From Tubulanus polymorphus (taxonomy: Eukaryota; Animalia; Nemertea), in contig NC_134030.1 in assembly GCF_964204645.1 (NCBI RefSeq), positions 12,421,947-12,485,946 of the forward strand: 64,000 bases of DNA, written 5' to 3'. Every line of letters begins with the position of its first letter. Position 1 is the stretch's first letter. The translations under genes and the position numbers were made by a program. Positions 29,332 through 42,279 of this stretch are shown here, piece by piece. The notes below the pieces were generated by a model. It had not been told where the DNA came from and did no database searches. It saw only the letters and a list, made by a program, of their open reading frames with translations.

Positions 29332-30510
29332 TTTTTAGCCCACTTGGGACTTTAGTCCCAGTGGGCTATTGCGTTCACTTATCGTCCATCTGTCCGTTCG
29401 TCCCTCCGTAGACGGAATCCAATTATTTTGGGAAGTTTTAGAGACGCTTCAATGTAATGTCTTGATATTTGGGTTACACATGTATCTACCCTAGACACAT
29501 CTTCAGCCAAAAAACTAGCCCTGTCTGAATCAAGATGGCCGACTGGCAGCCATTGTTGTTTGCCAGAATCATCACTTTATACACATTTTTTGAGGGAAAT
29601 TTTGAAAACGTTTTGGTCAATTACCTTGATCTTTCGTATATATTTGTTACCCCCAAGGGCCCATCAGCATAAGAAAAATTTTGTCAATTTTGTCCTGTAG
29701 CTTCCTACAGGTTGGCCATTTCTCATTGCAATTTGTGATGGGTATTTTTTGGAAAGGAATGTTTTATACCTGAGATAGGTATTTTTGATCAGCCAATTAT
29801 GGCGCAATTGGCGGCCATCTTGGTATCATCAGTACTCATTTGTAGTACATTATATTGATACCTATGTATATTGTGTTACCACAATCAATTGGAAAAATGT
29901 TGCTCATAACGTGTTCTATGATTTTGGTGAGTTTCAAGGTCATTGGTTTTTGTATATTGCCACCAGGGGGCGTTGAATAATACAATAACTTAGTATTTCT
30001 ATATCATATTTGTACCTATGCATATTTTGTTACCACAATCAATTGCAAAGTTGTAGCTCATGACATCATCTATCATTGTGGTGAGTTTTAAGAACATTAG
30101 TTATTCTATATGGTCACCAGGGGGCGTTGAATAGTACAATAACTTAGTATTTCCTTATTATATTGGTACCTTGGCATATTTTGTTACCATGATCCATTGC
30201 AAAGTTGTAGTTCATGACATGTTCTATGATTGTGGTTAGTTTCAAGGTCATTGGGTTTTGCATATGGTCACCAGGGGCGTTGAGTAGTAGAATAACTTAG
30301 TATTTCCATATCAAATTTTTAACGAGGCATGTTTTGTTATCACATCAATTACAAAATCGTAGCTGCTGACATATTCTATGATTGTGGTGAGTTTCAAGGT
30401 CATTGGTTTTTGTATATGGTCACCAGGGGGCGTTGAATATTGAAATTGTTAGATTATTGAGCATTTAAAATCACTTCCCAAGCGGGCATGGTGTCCCTGG
30501 ACCCCTAGTT
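29332..30510 (+). mobile_element. Full-length HINE family A (non-autonomous Helentron-like)
   Basis: Starts in a T-run; 5' hairpin AGCCCACTTGGGACT-TT-AGTCCCAGTGGGCT; GTCC-like microsatellite; four ~153-bp tandem units; 3' subTIR CCCAAGCGGGC then a small stem-loop and CTAGTT. Confidence 0.85.
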
Positions 30511-32284
30511 CAATTCCTCTGGCTTGATCTTAATTATTTTGCGATGGACCTTTGTTGCCATTGCGTGTGAATATCACTGTAAACAGCTGAGAAATAATGA
30601 ACGACTAAAACTACAAATTGTAGCAGCCGGCAACACCTTGTATATCGTTAATCAATGGACATTCATCAAAAAATTTGTTGACCTATTAGAGCACTGTCCT
30701 GGTAGTTGCTTGCCTCAGGAAGGATTTAGTATTCCACAAGACCTGTGACAAGTGAAGTACGCTGGCAAATCATCAATGATCACAGACCTGTCAACTTTGA
30801 TGTTGCCAAATTTTGTCAAAAAGCGCCAGTGGTATATCGAGGCTAGCTCTATACATACACATAGTTTACAGAACACTGAATCAGCCACTGAGGACTGAGT
30901 TGAATGGCTATTGGGCTACCATGATAAATATCATCAGGAAACTATTAACATCGACACAATCTCGTAACAACTGACTTATTGATATCTTTGTCAGGAAACT
31001 TTGTGATAGGCCTGTAGGTTGCATCCAATCAAGGAGCATACCCATTCTGTTTCTGGGTTTCTCATTTTTACAGTCTGAAGCTTAGAACTAAGTATATATT
31101 TGATTTTGGAAACACGTTCTTTTCAAGTTTGTGAAGTTAGTTTCAACAAGAGGATATAATGCAGGTATCTTACAAAACTGCGCTCTCTTCTTAATTTGTT
31201 AATGGAGTATCAGACAGCTTTACCAAAGTGTCTCTTCTCCCATGAACATCGTATGTTCTCATTGAGATTAAACTTAGCCTTTGAAGAATAAATTTCAGGT
31301 AAAATGCTTGAATTCATTTTATAGGGAAATGAAATTGTCAAACCTGGAACTGCTAGCGGTGATGAAAAGGTTAGTTATTGGTTTGTTGTGCATTGATGTA
31401 AGTCAGCTAGTAAGTTAATACCTAACCAGACTCACTGAACTGACCGTGAAATCAATAGCCGCAGCTGACTATACTATTCTGAATCAGGTGTTCCCCTCAT
31501 TATCAGTAGTATTTGATTTTGCACATAACATCTATAGCTTGTAGCTTTAATAATATCATTCAGATGAATTGTATTTTAAGCATCTCATTCTTGTGTACTT
31601 AACTGATCATATTGCACGCTATTTTTTATTACCACACTATGAATGGCATTTATATAATTAAAGAGTGTTTCTTTACCCTGTCAAATAAATGTATCAAGTT
31701 AATACATACATATGTATTTACATAATCTTTTTACTTGCTATATTGTCAACTTGCTATGACAGAAAAATTGTTAAGCTTTGTTCGTTTTATTCGGTATCAA
31801 GGCATGATGTGACTTGGCTTTACTTCGCAGATTTGGTGGCATGTTTTTGTATTTTATCCCACCTGAATTCCTGGAATGTAAAGCCGTTTTAAAGCCTGTA
31901 ACATCGAAATGTTGTATTCCCATCTCCCATCAATTCCGAAATGGATAGGGCCTAATGGCAGACTGATTATTTTGTCGATTGAAATTTTCGTTGTTGCACA
32001 GGAAAATTCAGGAGCAGAGGATATATGAAGGAACTGTCCAAATTGCTTTTGGGAAGACAAAGGGTTTTAGATTTTTCAGCTTACTAAAGGGTTTTTAGAG
32101 GATATGTTCATCACGTTTTTACGCAATTGCCGCATTTTGTATATACATATTTCAACATCATTTTTTCACACTTTCAATCTAGGCTGTTGCATTCTATTTT
32201 TCAGATTTTGCGTACAGGTGTTTCACTGGCGGGTGAACGAAAAGTAATATTGCACCTGAAATGTACTGTTTAATGAACTTTCAG

Positions 32285-32423
32285 GGTTTAGACATAGCAA
32301 GCGGTGGAGTGCGACTCATTTCTGAAGTGATCCATGACGTTCTTGACATTGAATGCAACGTACTCATGGGTGCTAACCTCGCTCCTGAGGTAGCCCGAGA
32401 AAATTATTGCGAAGCAACTATAG
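32285..32423 (+). CDS. GPD1: GPD1 exon 4 (139 nt)
   Basis: TTTCAG| GLDIASGGVRLISEVI...LMGANLAPEVARENYCEATI(G) |GTAAAA. Confidence 0.96.
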
Positions 32424-33535
32424 GTAAAATGCACATTATTATACCAATCACCAGTAGATTAATTTGTTACACATTCATGCCGCCAGGAATCTGCTTACTA
32501 TACCCATCCCATCCTATTGACTTGGTCGAAATCTTGATAAGTTTCTGGTAGAAGGCAAATTCCTGTCAATAAAATAAGGAGTTTTTACATCGATTGTCAA
32601 ACTCTTCAAGGAAAGGATGGTCAATGGTAAATATGTTACCATTCTGTCTGTACCGATGTCGATACCGGCTTTGGCGGATAACCAAATCCATAACGATGAA
32701 GAGCGTAGCTCATTAGAAACATTGGCATCTATAATCATCAGTTTCAGAATTAAAGTGTTTATAAAGTGGCAGCAGAACGTACGTTGAATCTGTGTATTCA
32801 AGACGGATTGTTGTATTTTTGTCAGTAGATGAATTGTCAGGAAACGTATTTCACAAAACCATTCGTACCCGGTAAAAGCACTTTGTTTGGGTCGGTATTT
32901 TTGCAAGGTAATATAAGAAAATAGGAATTTTTCACTCGCTTGGGGAGTCTATTATACTTTCAGTAAACACTTTCTTGGGCTCTGATATTTACACACATAT
33001 AATGCAATAATAAAATCTAGGTTCCTTTCGTATATTGGCTATATCGGTTGTCGTTTTCTTTGTTTTATGATTTTATTTTTTATCGGTTTTGTTATTTCAG
33101 CAGCACACGTTAGCTGAGCGTGCGTGATCAGTCTTGAAATTGGTATTCATGGGCGGCATAGTGCTGATGGTCGACAATTCATTTCATTCTTTATTGACAA
33201 AATTAAAATTTCACAATGAAACACTTACTTTCACGTTCTTGGTTCGAAGTTGTAAAACTTCATGCGCAATGCTAACAGACAAATGAGAAAAAAATATTTG
33301 AATACATACATGTATTTCAATAGGTGTAACAGAGATTCCTTTGACTTTTGATTGATTATTATAACTTAAGCCAGCTAGTGGATGAAATAATTCAATAGTC
33401 TCCACATTTTATTCCACAAAGTCTCAAATAATTTCTGCCGACCTTTGATGTTCTGCTCATGATATTAGATTTTTGGTTTACCTTTGGCAGCATTGTGAGG
33501 TTGGCATTGAGCCAATTCATGTAAAATTGCGGTAC

Positions 33536-33720
33536 TTTTTAGGACGACGGTACGTAGTACACGTCGTCCTATTGTTATCGTGAAATCCGTCACGTCAAAC
33601 GATTACGTTCGTTTAACGCCATGTACGCGTCTGAAACTTTCACAGTCGCTTAAATATGAAAAAAGGAAGGTTGAGTTCGTATATGGTGAATTTTTGTTAC
33701 TTGGTTAAATAAATATTGCC
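33536..33720 (+). mobile_element. Probable 5' end of another HINE-like element
   Basis: TTTTTAGGACGACG...CGTCGTCCTA 5' hairpin followed by ATCCGTCACGTC; 3' end not confidently located. Confidence 0.4.
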
Positions 33721-36700
33721 GAAATAAAAAAATTGAAATTCTGAAGTAGCGCCACCCCTGTCTAGAAGTAAAACTGTATTAGTCCGCGCTTAAAATAGTG
33801 CCACGCATACATTTTTGAAATAGCACTTTACATAGGCATATTCCATGATTTAGTTGTTTATTTCCGTATATAGATATCGGGAGATTTATTTTGTCGTTTA
33901 TTGCCCGAAATTTCCGTATTTTCTTGGTGTGTGTGTCAGCGGATGAATTGAATGTTTACGCATCAGTGATATGGACTCGGCGAGTACACGTGCTACATCG
34001 ATTCAACATTAGCTGCTGTTGAATCGATACTCGTACGTCGAGCAATGCTGAAAACTATCTTACTATTACTAGTAAAATGATTTATCGTCATTAATTCTTT
34101 TGGACTTTCGCGTTAGCGATCCATTTTTAGAGCCCGATTATGTGTATCTAGTTTGCGGCACAGTGATGAGAGCGCGCGTCGATAACATTAGTTACAGTCC
34201 CGTAGGGCAATATCGCCTTATGTATGCGGCGATCACCATGTATGTATCAGTAATAGATAATGCGCGTTACGGAGCGGGTCGGGCGTAGGCTACAATCCAC
34301 ACGCTCGTTATATCAAAAAGGTCTTGAATTAGCAGAAGAAATATTATTCGCGATAACTTTTACTAGAAAAAATTCCTTTTGTGAAACCATTAAAACCTTT
34401 AAGTCGGTAACTTAATTTCGTCAGTAACTAGTTTTAATTTCGACTGTAGCCATATTAGTTTCACGTTCGGATATTTTCACAAATATCCCATCCGATTAGC
34501 TTTAACCACCAACGATTAGGTAACTTCTCGTCAGTTACCGGCCTACACCCTCATCGTAGTTGTTTTGTATCATAATCCTTGATCTATCAAAAATTTTCAA
34601 GTCAAAGATTCCCATAATCAATCTTTAAGATATCATGTAAGAATTCTAATGAGACTGCTGGTAAATATTCATTCTGTTCCACTTGGTCGATCGTTTGACT
34701 AGCTCCAGGGCCTAAGGGTACAGTTAGCAGTTGGCCTATGGTTCAGTGTGTGAACAGCTTCAAATAACTGTGTTAACAGATGGATGTGAAGCTTGTACCC
34801 CATGGACTGCATGGTCATTGGCCTATGTCATGGGTTCTTGGCGATTGTGCCGAGAGCAGACTGTATCCGGTGGTCATGGTAAGTATAACTTTGATTAAAC
34901 ATGCACCGATGGCTAAAATGATACCTTTGTTTCTCAACCCCTCCAATTGTATGTAAGGCAATATCAATCCATACCGACAACGATTTTGTTGATCGAGCTT
35001 ACAATATTTCGAGCCTCAGGACCTTTTTCCCTCTAGTTTTCAAACTTGCAGGGATGCTAACTGCTCCGTTTTGCCTTAAATCTCTGTAATACCTTAAACT
35101 TGCATTATATGTTCAACTCTTTGTCTAACAGTGGAACTTCGTTTGGACCTGACTTAATTTCTATTCTCTGTGTTGTCGTCCTATTAAAAAGTTTCTTACT
35201 AGTTTTTTATGTGAGCATTTTTTTCATTGGTTCTCGGGTTAAACGACCTATAATCGATGCGATTGAAGACATGACGAACCTCCGTCGATGACATGGTCAA
35301 CTTTGTTTAAATTCAACGAAAAACTGTTTTTGGCAGGAAAATTTTTAGCTCTTGCGTATGAAATTGCAATGACCTCGATTGGGGGGCGTCGTCTCTACAA
35401 GCGAATGTGATTGGCTGTTTTTGGGATATGCGGGGGAATTCTGGCGCTGCTAAAATGATTATAGGAAAGCCATTAATAGCGAACGTTTCATTGGACTAGG
35501 TGCCGTATATGTGTGAATTTTAAATGCTCATTGCTGGTGAGAATATAATTATTTCACATATCGCCATAGGTATTGTTTCATTTTAATACCCGGTGATTGT
35601 GTTGATTGAGATTGAAATGAAGCGAACATTCACTACACAAGGCCTCCACGTGCGCGGGAGTGCTAAAACACACAAACACGCGCTCATACAGACTACTATA
35701 TGGTGATGCTGTAACGCTGCTTGGCGCGTGCACATTTGGTATGATAACAGGCTGAATAATCGTCGTAGCAGAAGATGAGCCCTGTGTTTTCTGTTTGATC
35801 GAATTTGTGATGAATTGTAATTTCTTGTGACCTGAAAATACTAAGCAGCAAACTATAGGTATAGGTCGAGGTCTGAATATTGTAGTGGTAAATTCCAGGA
35901 TTTAAAACGATCTAATACTACACCCCGGTGTTTTAACTTCCGCGGCCATACATTGGAAGAGGTTTCGTTTCAAAGACACAATATTCACCCTCTGATTGGT
36001 GACATCATATGAATTTTATTTGAATATTTTTTCATACTGTGAAAAACATTTTTTTGAAAATATAAAATAGTTTCCCAGCCACGCCTACCTGTTCCCTACG
36101 AAATTTTGGACGTAGACCATAAACAAATGTTTATCTTTGGTCTTGTTAACTACAAAATAATTCTAAAATAAAATACAATATAAACTTCTAGAACTTTGAA
36201 GTCACGAATTAAAAAGATTTTTCAAGCAATGCCCTTACTCCAAACAACCTCTAGCTTTCAATGTAAACCACACTTTGCCCATGGGCAATTTATTTTTTTT
36301 TTTTAGGATATGAACAGCTTTAGGAAACATTCGGCAGATACATTTCATGACTGATCACACCTTCTGGGGTCGATATTTATAGTTTTCTGATGTAACTCAG
36401 TATTTTGCATCGTGTAACCACCAATGATAAGTCTTTAAACTGACTCCTAAAATGGAATAATCTGGACTAAACCTTGATTGATTACAAATTACTATTCACA
36501 CATCGATGAGATGTATTACTATATTTACTATATTTCCTAGCCATTCATTTTTTTTTCATAGTTTGCCTATCTATGTACCTATCCCTAATTAGACTGCTTC
36601 TTCGAACCTCAGGACTCTAAAATCCTCTTGTTAAAAATTCTTTTAATTTTCTTTTACTTTCATTGGATGCTTGCATTAGCGGCCATTTGTAAAAATCTTT

Positions 36701-36908
36701 GTATGAACCTTTATACGTTTTCAGTTTATCTAAAACTTAATACCGCTTTTCTGTAAAATAAATTCTGAATACATTGACCGGTTTGACTGGTACCCTGTCT
36801 CTTTAGAGAGCCAGGGGGTGAAAGTTTAAAGTGGCATTAAACGTTATCGGATGATCGTAGTGGATTGTCATTTGAAGGAAATGCAACTTATTCTTGTTTA
36901 TGTCTTAA

Positions 36909-37385
36909 CCCATTAGCGCTCAAGCCGCCCGTATCCGCCCTGCCTATTACTCCTCAAGCCGCCCAAATCCGCCCGGCATTTTTTTCGCATGCTGCACGAA
37001 AACGGTTATAGTAGGATTGGAACCCAATAGCTTATGATAAACTACTCACCTAAGTCCTTGAAATACCAAACAGAAATCAAACTCCTCCTATTTCAATTTA
37101 TCTAGTATTTAGAGTTTGAACATGACACATCTGAGCGCTCACTTCAAATCCAAGTAAGTTTGGATGAATTTCAGGGGGCCAAAAAGACACGATTTTGGTG
37201 GCCCACCTCATCAAATCTTACATCATATGAAAGCCTTTACTATTTACTACGAAATAACACTAACTTGTATTGCATGGAGATGAAAAGCAAATGAGCTATT
37301 CAGTATCGTGATGAACTTAGACTTAACCTTGAATTTTCTGACGAATAATTGACACTGCATTGTGCAATTCCTGAGTGCTAATGGG
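36909..37385. mobile_element. piggyBac-like MITE
   Basis: TTAA|CCCATTAGCGCTCA ... TGAGTGCTAATGGG|TGAA (CCC..GGG termini; TTAA target with one mismatch on the right). Confidence 0.65.
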
Positions 37386-37599
37386 TGAATAAGAAAAATT
37401 GTGGCTCCTATCTATTTTCGTGTTCGCTGAAGTCACCTGAAGTCACTCGAGTTAGTCACGTTTTTTTCTTTCAGCTGTTTTTTCTACAGCAAAATGATTT
37501 GAGCACAATCTAAGTAATCCAGCAATTATCAACATATGATAGATTCCGAAAAGACACCACAATATTCAAAATATAGCTGCAAAGCAGCGATAACGGGTT

Positions 37600-38917
37600 T
37601 TCTGGTCATTTGTTTTTGCATATGGCCGCCAGAGGCCGTTGAACAATGCAATAATTTAGTATTTCTATATTGTATTTGTACCTATGCATATTTTGTTGCC
37701 ACAATCAATTGGAAAGTTGTAGCTCATGACATGGTCTAATTGTTGTGGTGTGTTTCAAGGACATTAGTTATTCTATATGGTCAATAGGGGGCATTGAATA
37801 GTAGAATTACTTAGTATTCCAGGGATGAGAACGCCGACCTGTAAAATCCGCGGGTTATTTTCTTGAGTTACACACGCGAACAAGCTGACGGCATAGCCGT
37901 CAGCACTAGCGAGCGCCGAAGGCGCGAAGCTATTTCGCGGGGTTTGGGGGCCCTCCCCAAGAAAATTTTAGAAATTAAATACGTTTTCCGAGCACTTAGA
38001 GCGATCTTGAACCCATGAACGACTATTATATTTTGGAAGGTAATAGCTAGTTCCAATGTGGTACATCCTCATTCGATGACATTCAGCATCACATGCATTA
38101 CGGGTCGGGCCCTGAATTATTGCAGTAAAAATGCGCCAATGAATGCTCACTAAAAATCATCACCCAGTAGTGTATAATATCCGTAGACGTTCGCCACACA
38201 CGCGCGGCAACAGTAAGTAGGCCTATATACATTACTACTGTTGCCGCACGCGCGTGTCGGCAACCGATCGATAAAATACATACACACTCATCGTAGAACA
38301 AAAAATTTAGATACAAAATCACTGTGTTGCAATGAATATGCATTGAAATGCTATACTTTTACGTGACAATAAGAAAACAGGCACTGAATGCTTTTACGGT
38401 TCACCTGATTACCGATCGCGCCGGACCAATTGAGTGAGATCATCACCCCCCCCCCCATACTTTTACATCATTTTAGGACTATTTGGAAAATTGATATTTG
38501 TCAATACCGAAATCCGCGGCAAACCGCGGATCCGCGGGGAATTCTCATCCCTGGTATTCCCTTATTATATTGGTACCTAGGCATATTTTGTTACCATGAT
38601 TCATTGCAAAATTGTAGCTCATGACATGTTTTATGATTATGGTGAGTTTCAAGGTCATTGGGCTTCGCATATGGTCACCAGGGGCATTGAATAGTAGAAT
38701 AACTTAGTATTTCTATATCATATTGGTAACTAGGCATATTTTCTTACCTCAAACAATTACAAAATTGTAGCTGCTGACATGTTCTATGATTGTGGTGAGT
38801 TTCCTGGTCATTGGAATTTTTCAAGGTCATTGGATGGGGCGTTGAATATTGAAATTTCGATTATTGAGCATCTAAAACCACTTCCCAAGTGGGCATGGTG
38901 TCCCTGGAGCCCTAGTT
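37600..38917 (+). mobile_element. 3' half of HINE family A, interrupted by a MITE
   Basis: ~153-bp units and 3' terminus CCCAAGTGGGCATGGTGTCCCTGGAGCCCTAGTT. Confidence 0.8.
37820..38553. mobile_element. hAT-like MITE with 12-bp TIR CAGGGATGAGAA, nested in HINE-A
   Basis: TIRs at 37820 and 38542-38553; GTATTC duplicated at 37814-37819 and 38554-38559 (or TATT if the TIR is one base longer); subterminal CCGCGG repeats. Confidence 0.8.
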
Positions 38918-39641
38918 TCGCAATTGTTTCAAATTCTAATTCATTACATAGGTCCGGACGTCGGATTTTGCGGGCGCTGTAGCGGGCTGGACGGTATTTT
39001 TATGAGAATTTTGAAAAGAGCTCTTTAACAAATTTAAGGGATCGCATGTGCCACAGGTGCGACCCCCTGTATCCGCCCCTGTTCTCAGTCTCTAGAAAAA
39101 TTGTCTAGTGCATCCTGGACACCTTGCCGATGTATCGGGAATCATTGGTGATTTTCATACTGACAAAATCAGGAAGCTTTTATAATCCATGATTTGACAT
39201 AGCAGGATATAGGCTACTTATTATGAATCAGGTTTGTCTAATGTTTGTTGTACATATTTAGAATTAGACTTGTATCATAAAAAATGTGTCAGAAAACGGA
39301 TCTAGGAGAGCCCAAAATCAAGCATTTGGTTTGAATTCACAAGTATGATTAACTATGTGACCATAACTACTGTTAGATGAATTACTAGTAACTACCATAT
39401 TATTTACTGTTATCGTCTTAAGCTATGCTGGCCGAGTTCGCTCCAGGGCCTAAAATTTTTGGTGTTATTGCCATTGGTTACTTCATGTTTTCAATGAGGA
39501 CAACAATTCAAACATTACGTTTTAAGCACACTTTTTCGTGAAACTGGGCCCTGATGATGGTGAAATATGCTGAAATATTGAGTTCGCGTGTTTTTTGTGT
39601 ATTGGGAAATCAAGGTCTTTACGTTGCTTTTTTCTCTTCAG

Positions 39642-39754
39642 GATGTAAAAGTCTGGATACTGGTGCTCTACTTAAGCGACTTATGCAAGCTAGTTATTTC
39701 CGTATAGTGGTTGTGACAGATGCAGTAACAGTAGAACTGTGTGGAGCATTGAAG
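39642..39754 (+). CDS. GPD1: GPD1 exon 5 (113 nt)
   Basis: CTTCAG| CKSLDTGALLKRLMQASYFRIVVVTDAVTVELCGALK |GTTCAG; ends at the catalytic Lys of GALKN. Confidence 0.96.
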
Positions 39755-39968
39755 GTTCAGATTTCTATTAAATTGATCAAATTGTGGGCTTCGTTTTGCA
39801 TTTGATATTTGCAAATCAATATCCACATTGTTGTACCTCATTTTCAAGTGCAAGCAGTTGAAATAAACAATATACTGTTACAACTCTTATGGCTGGCGGA
39901 TTATTGATGGTGTGTGAGAAAAAAATATGCTTAAGGTTCTTAATATTCTTTAATGTCATTTTTAACAG

Positions 39969-40089
39969 AATGTGGTTGCAGTAGGTGCTGGCGTTGTTGA
40001 TGGTTTAGGTTATGGCGATAACACAAAAGCAGCTGTAATCAGACTCGGTATGATGGAAATGATCGCTTTCATTGAAATGTTCTTTCCAG
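39969..40089 (+). CDS. GPD1: GPD1 exon 6 (121 nt)
   Basis: TTAACAG| [40 protein letters not shown](G) |GTATTT. Confidence 0.96.
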
Positions 40090-40192
40090 GTATTTTCTCC
40101 TCTTGATACACATTCCTATCTAATGTGACCAGATAAATCAATAATTTGAATACTGGTATAAATTATTGTTACACTATTATAATCATCATGTA

Positions 40193-40984
40193 CAGTGTCC
40201 CAGAAAATGGTTCCGAAATGATTGATTATTTATAAGTTAATCTATACTGATGAATTAATTTTTGTTAATTTTCGTCGGTACAATGTCTTCTTTACATATT
40301 AAGGCTAATAGGTTGTGTAGACCACGCCCAGCTGATTTTCTAATGGAATAACCTATTTTACTTCAAAACTTAACTTGATAAATGAAATTTGGCTGTTTAC
40401 AAGTGATGGTAATAAATAATCTTTCCATCCATAAGTTAAGAGTGCTCAATTGAAATGATCACTTGAAAAAGCATCAAAACCAAGTCAATGATTAAGAGAT
40501 CTGGTAATGAAGAAAATGAATAATGAAGAAAAAATGGAATCTATGTAAAACAAGATCCCAACAACAATAAGTAAATGTCCATTTGAGACAATACAGTCCA
40601 TTTGAGATGCAATAAGTTACAGTCAATTTGAGACTATGATTTTGTGGTGTTATTGTTGTCTGATCAATAAAAAACCTTTGTCAAACGATTAGCAACATGA
40701 TTCTGTTTGACTCAATTCAATATCTCAAAAACGAAAACCTGTCCTTAATCGATACCATCATTAGTAAACAGCCTAATTTCAAGTTTGGTTTTGATGTAAA
40801 ATTAGTCGCTTCATAATAAGTCTTTGTAATAATTAGTCCAAGCGGGCATGGTCTACATTGCCCATTATCCTTGATGTGTAAAGAATACATGCTACTGATT
40901 CTAATATATCACAAAAATGTATTTACTAATAGATTTACTTATAAATATTTAATCATTTTGGAGGAACCATTTTCTGGGACACTG
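40193..40984. mobile_element. Tc1/mariner-type MITE, perfect 22-bp TIR, TA TSD
   Basis: TA|CAGTGTCCCAGAAAATGGTTCC ... GGAACCATTTTCTGGGACACTG|TA; fills most of GPD1 intron 6. Confidence 0.9.
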
Positions 40985-41036
40985 TATGATATCCTAATCA
41001 TAATGTGTCATATGATCGTATTTTCAATGTTCGTAG

Positions 41037-41146
41037 GTGCTAATCGAGATACATTTTTTGAAAGTTGCGGAGTTGCAGATTTGGTCACAACGTGTTATGG
41101 AGGAAGAAATAGTCGTCTTGCCAAAGAAATGGCCTTAACAAACAAG
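41037..41146 (+). CDS. GPD1: GPD1 exon 7 (110 nt)
   Basis: TCGTAG| [36 protein letters not shown] |GTAGGC. Confidence 0.96.
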
Positions 41147-41834
41147 GTAGGCCTATATATTGTGCCACATTTCTGCAGAAAAATCTATTGTAATCCCATC
41201 TTAATTTTTCTTCCACTTAAGAAGCTTCAAAAACATTTTCATTTTTTGCTGTTAACTCTTAATATATCTTCATGAAATTTTCAGGATATGTTCAGCTCCA
41301 TGAATAGCACAAATGACGTGTGGAATTTTTTATAGGCCTCTCCATTTATCTACTAGAGGATTTTACATTTTTTTAATTTTAGAGATAGAAAAGTTCAATG
41401 AGAAAAGTTTTTTACCTTTGAGATTTCACCTTGATGTCAGCAGCAAGTTGTAGCTAACAACCCGAAGTTAATTTTTGTCTGGAGTGGCATCTTTCTAGGT
41501 CAAACGCTTTGGGCCTTATGGGGACCCCAATTTCCAAAAGATTAGTTTTTTTTAGCCCTAGCTCCTAAACTATTACAGATGATAGGGGGCTCTTTTGAAT
41601 TTTCTGTAACCCTCAAAAAGACACTTAAATGATGTATCGGTTGACTTCGTTCCCCCTATGGTTCTTTTAGGGTGGCCTTACAATGCAATGACAATGAGAA
41701 TAACAATGTACAGTGTTGCCAGACTTCTGGAAATTTCCGAAGTTCCGGAAATCGAGACTTTCAACAAAAAATTCCCGGAAATTTTTTGCCATTCTACTTC
41801 GTCTAATAAACAATTTTTACTAAAGTTGTATTTG

Positions 41835-42279
41835 TTTTTAGCTCCACTGTGACCGAAAGTCAGCGGAGCTACTGGGCTAGGGGGTGAGCCGTCGTCGTTC
41901 ATTCGTGTGTTCGTTCATTCGTTCGTCGTCTGTCAACTTTTTCTTCAAATCGCTACTAGTCCTACAGTTTTAATCTGATCAATTCCAAATTTGGTATGAA
42001 TTTTCTATAGACCAAGGGCTATAAAGTTACAGAGCCATTTTTTGGATTTGTCCCCCAGGGTCCGCCCCTGGGGTGGAGTTTCTATTTCTTCAAATCGCTA
42101 CTAGTCCTACAGTTTTAATCAGATCCATTCCAAATTTGGTATGAATGTTCTATGGACCAATACCTACAAAGTACAGAGCCAAAAGGATTGGATTTGGCCA
42201 AAAGGGGCACCCCTAGGTATGCAGCTCCTATTTCTTCAAATCACACAGCGGAGCTATATAAGCCGACAGGCTCCTTGTT
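41835..42279 (+). mobile_element. HINE family B (short, complete)
   Basis: 5' IR TAGCTCCACTG...CAGCGGAGCTA, (GTTC/GTC)n microsatellite, ~146-bp tandem units (TTCTTCAAATC at 41941, 42086, 42232), 3' subTIR CAGCGGAGCTA plus AGCCGACAGGCT stem-loop. Confidence 0.85.

Noticed and set aside
32514-32906. 130-aa antisense ORF in GPD1 intron 4
   Set aside because: No recognisable domain, non-ATG start, no splice support
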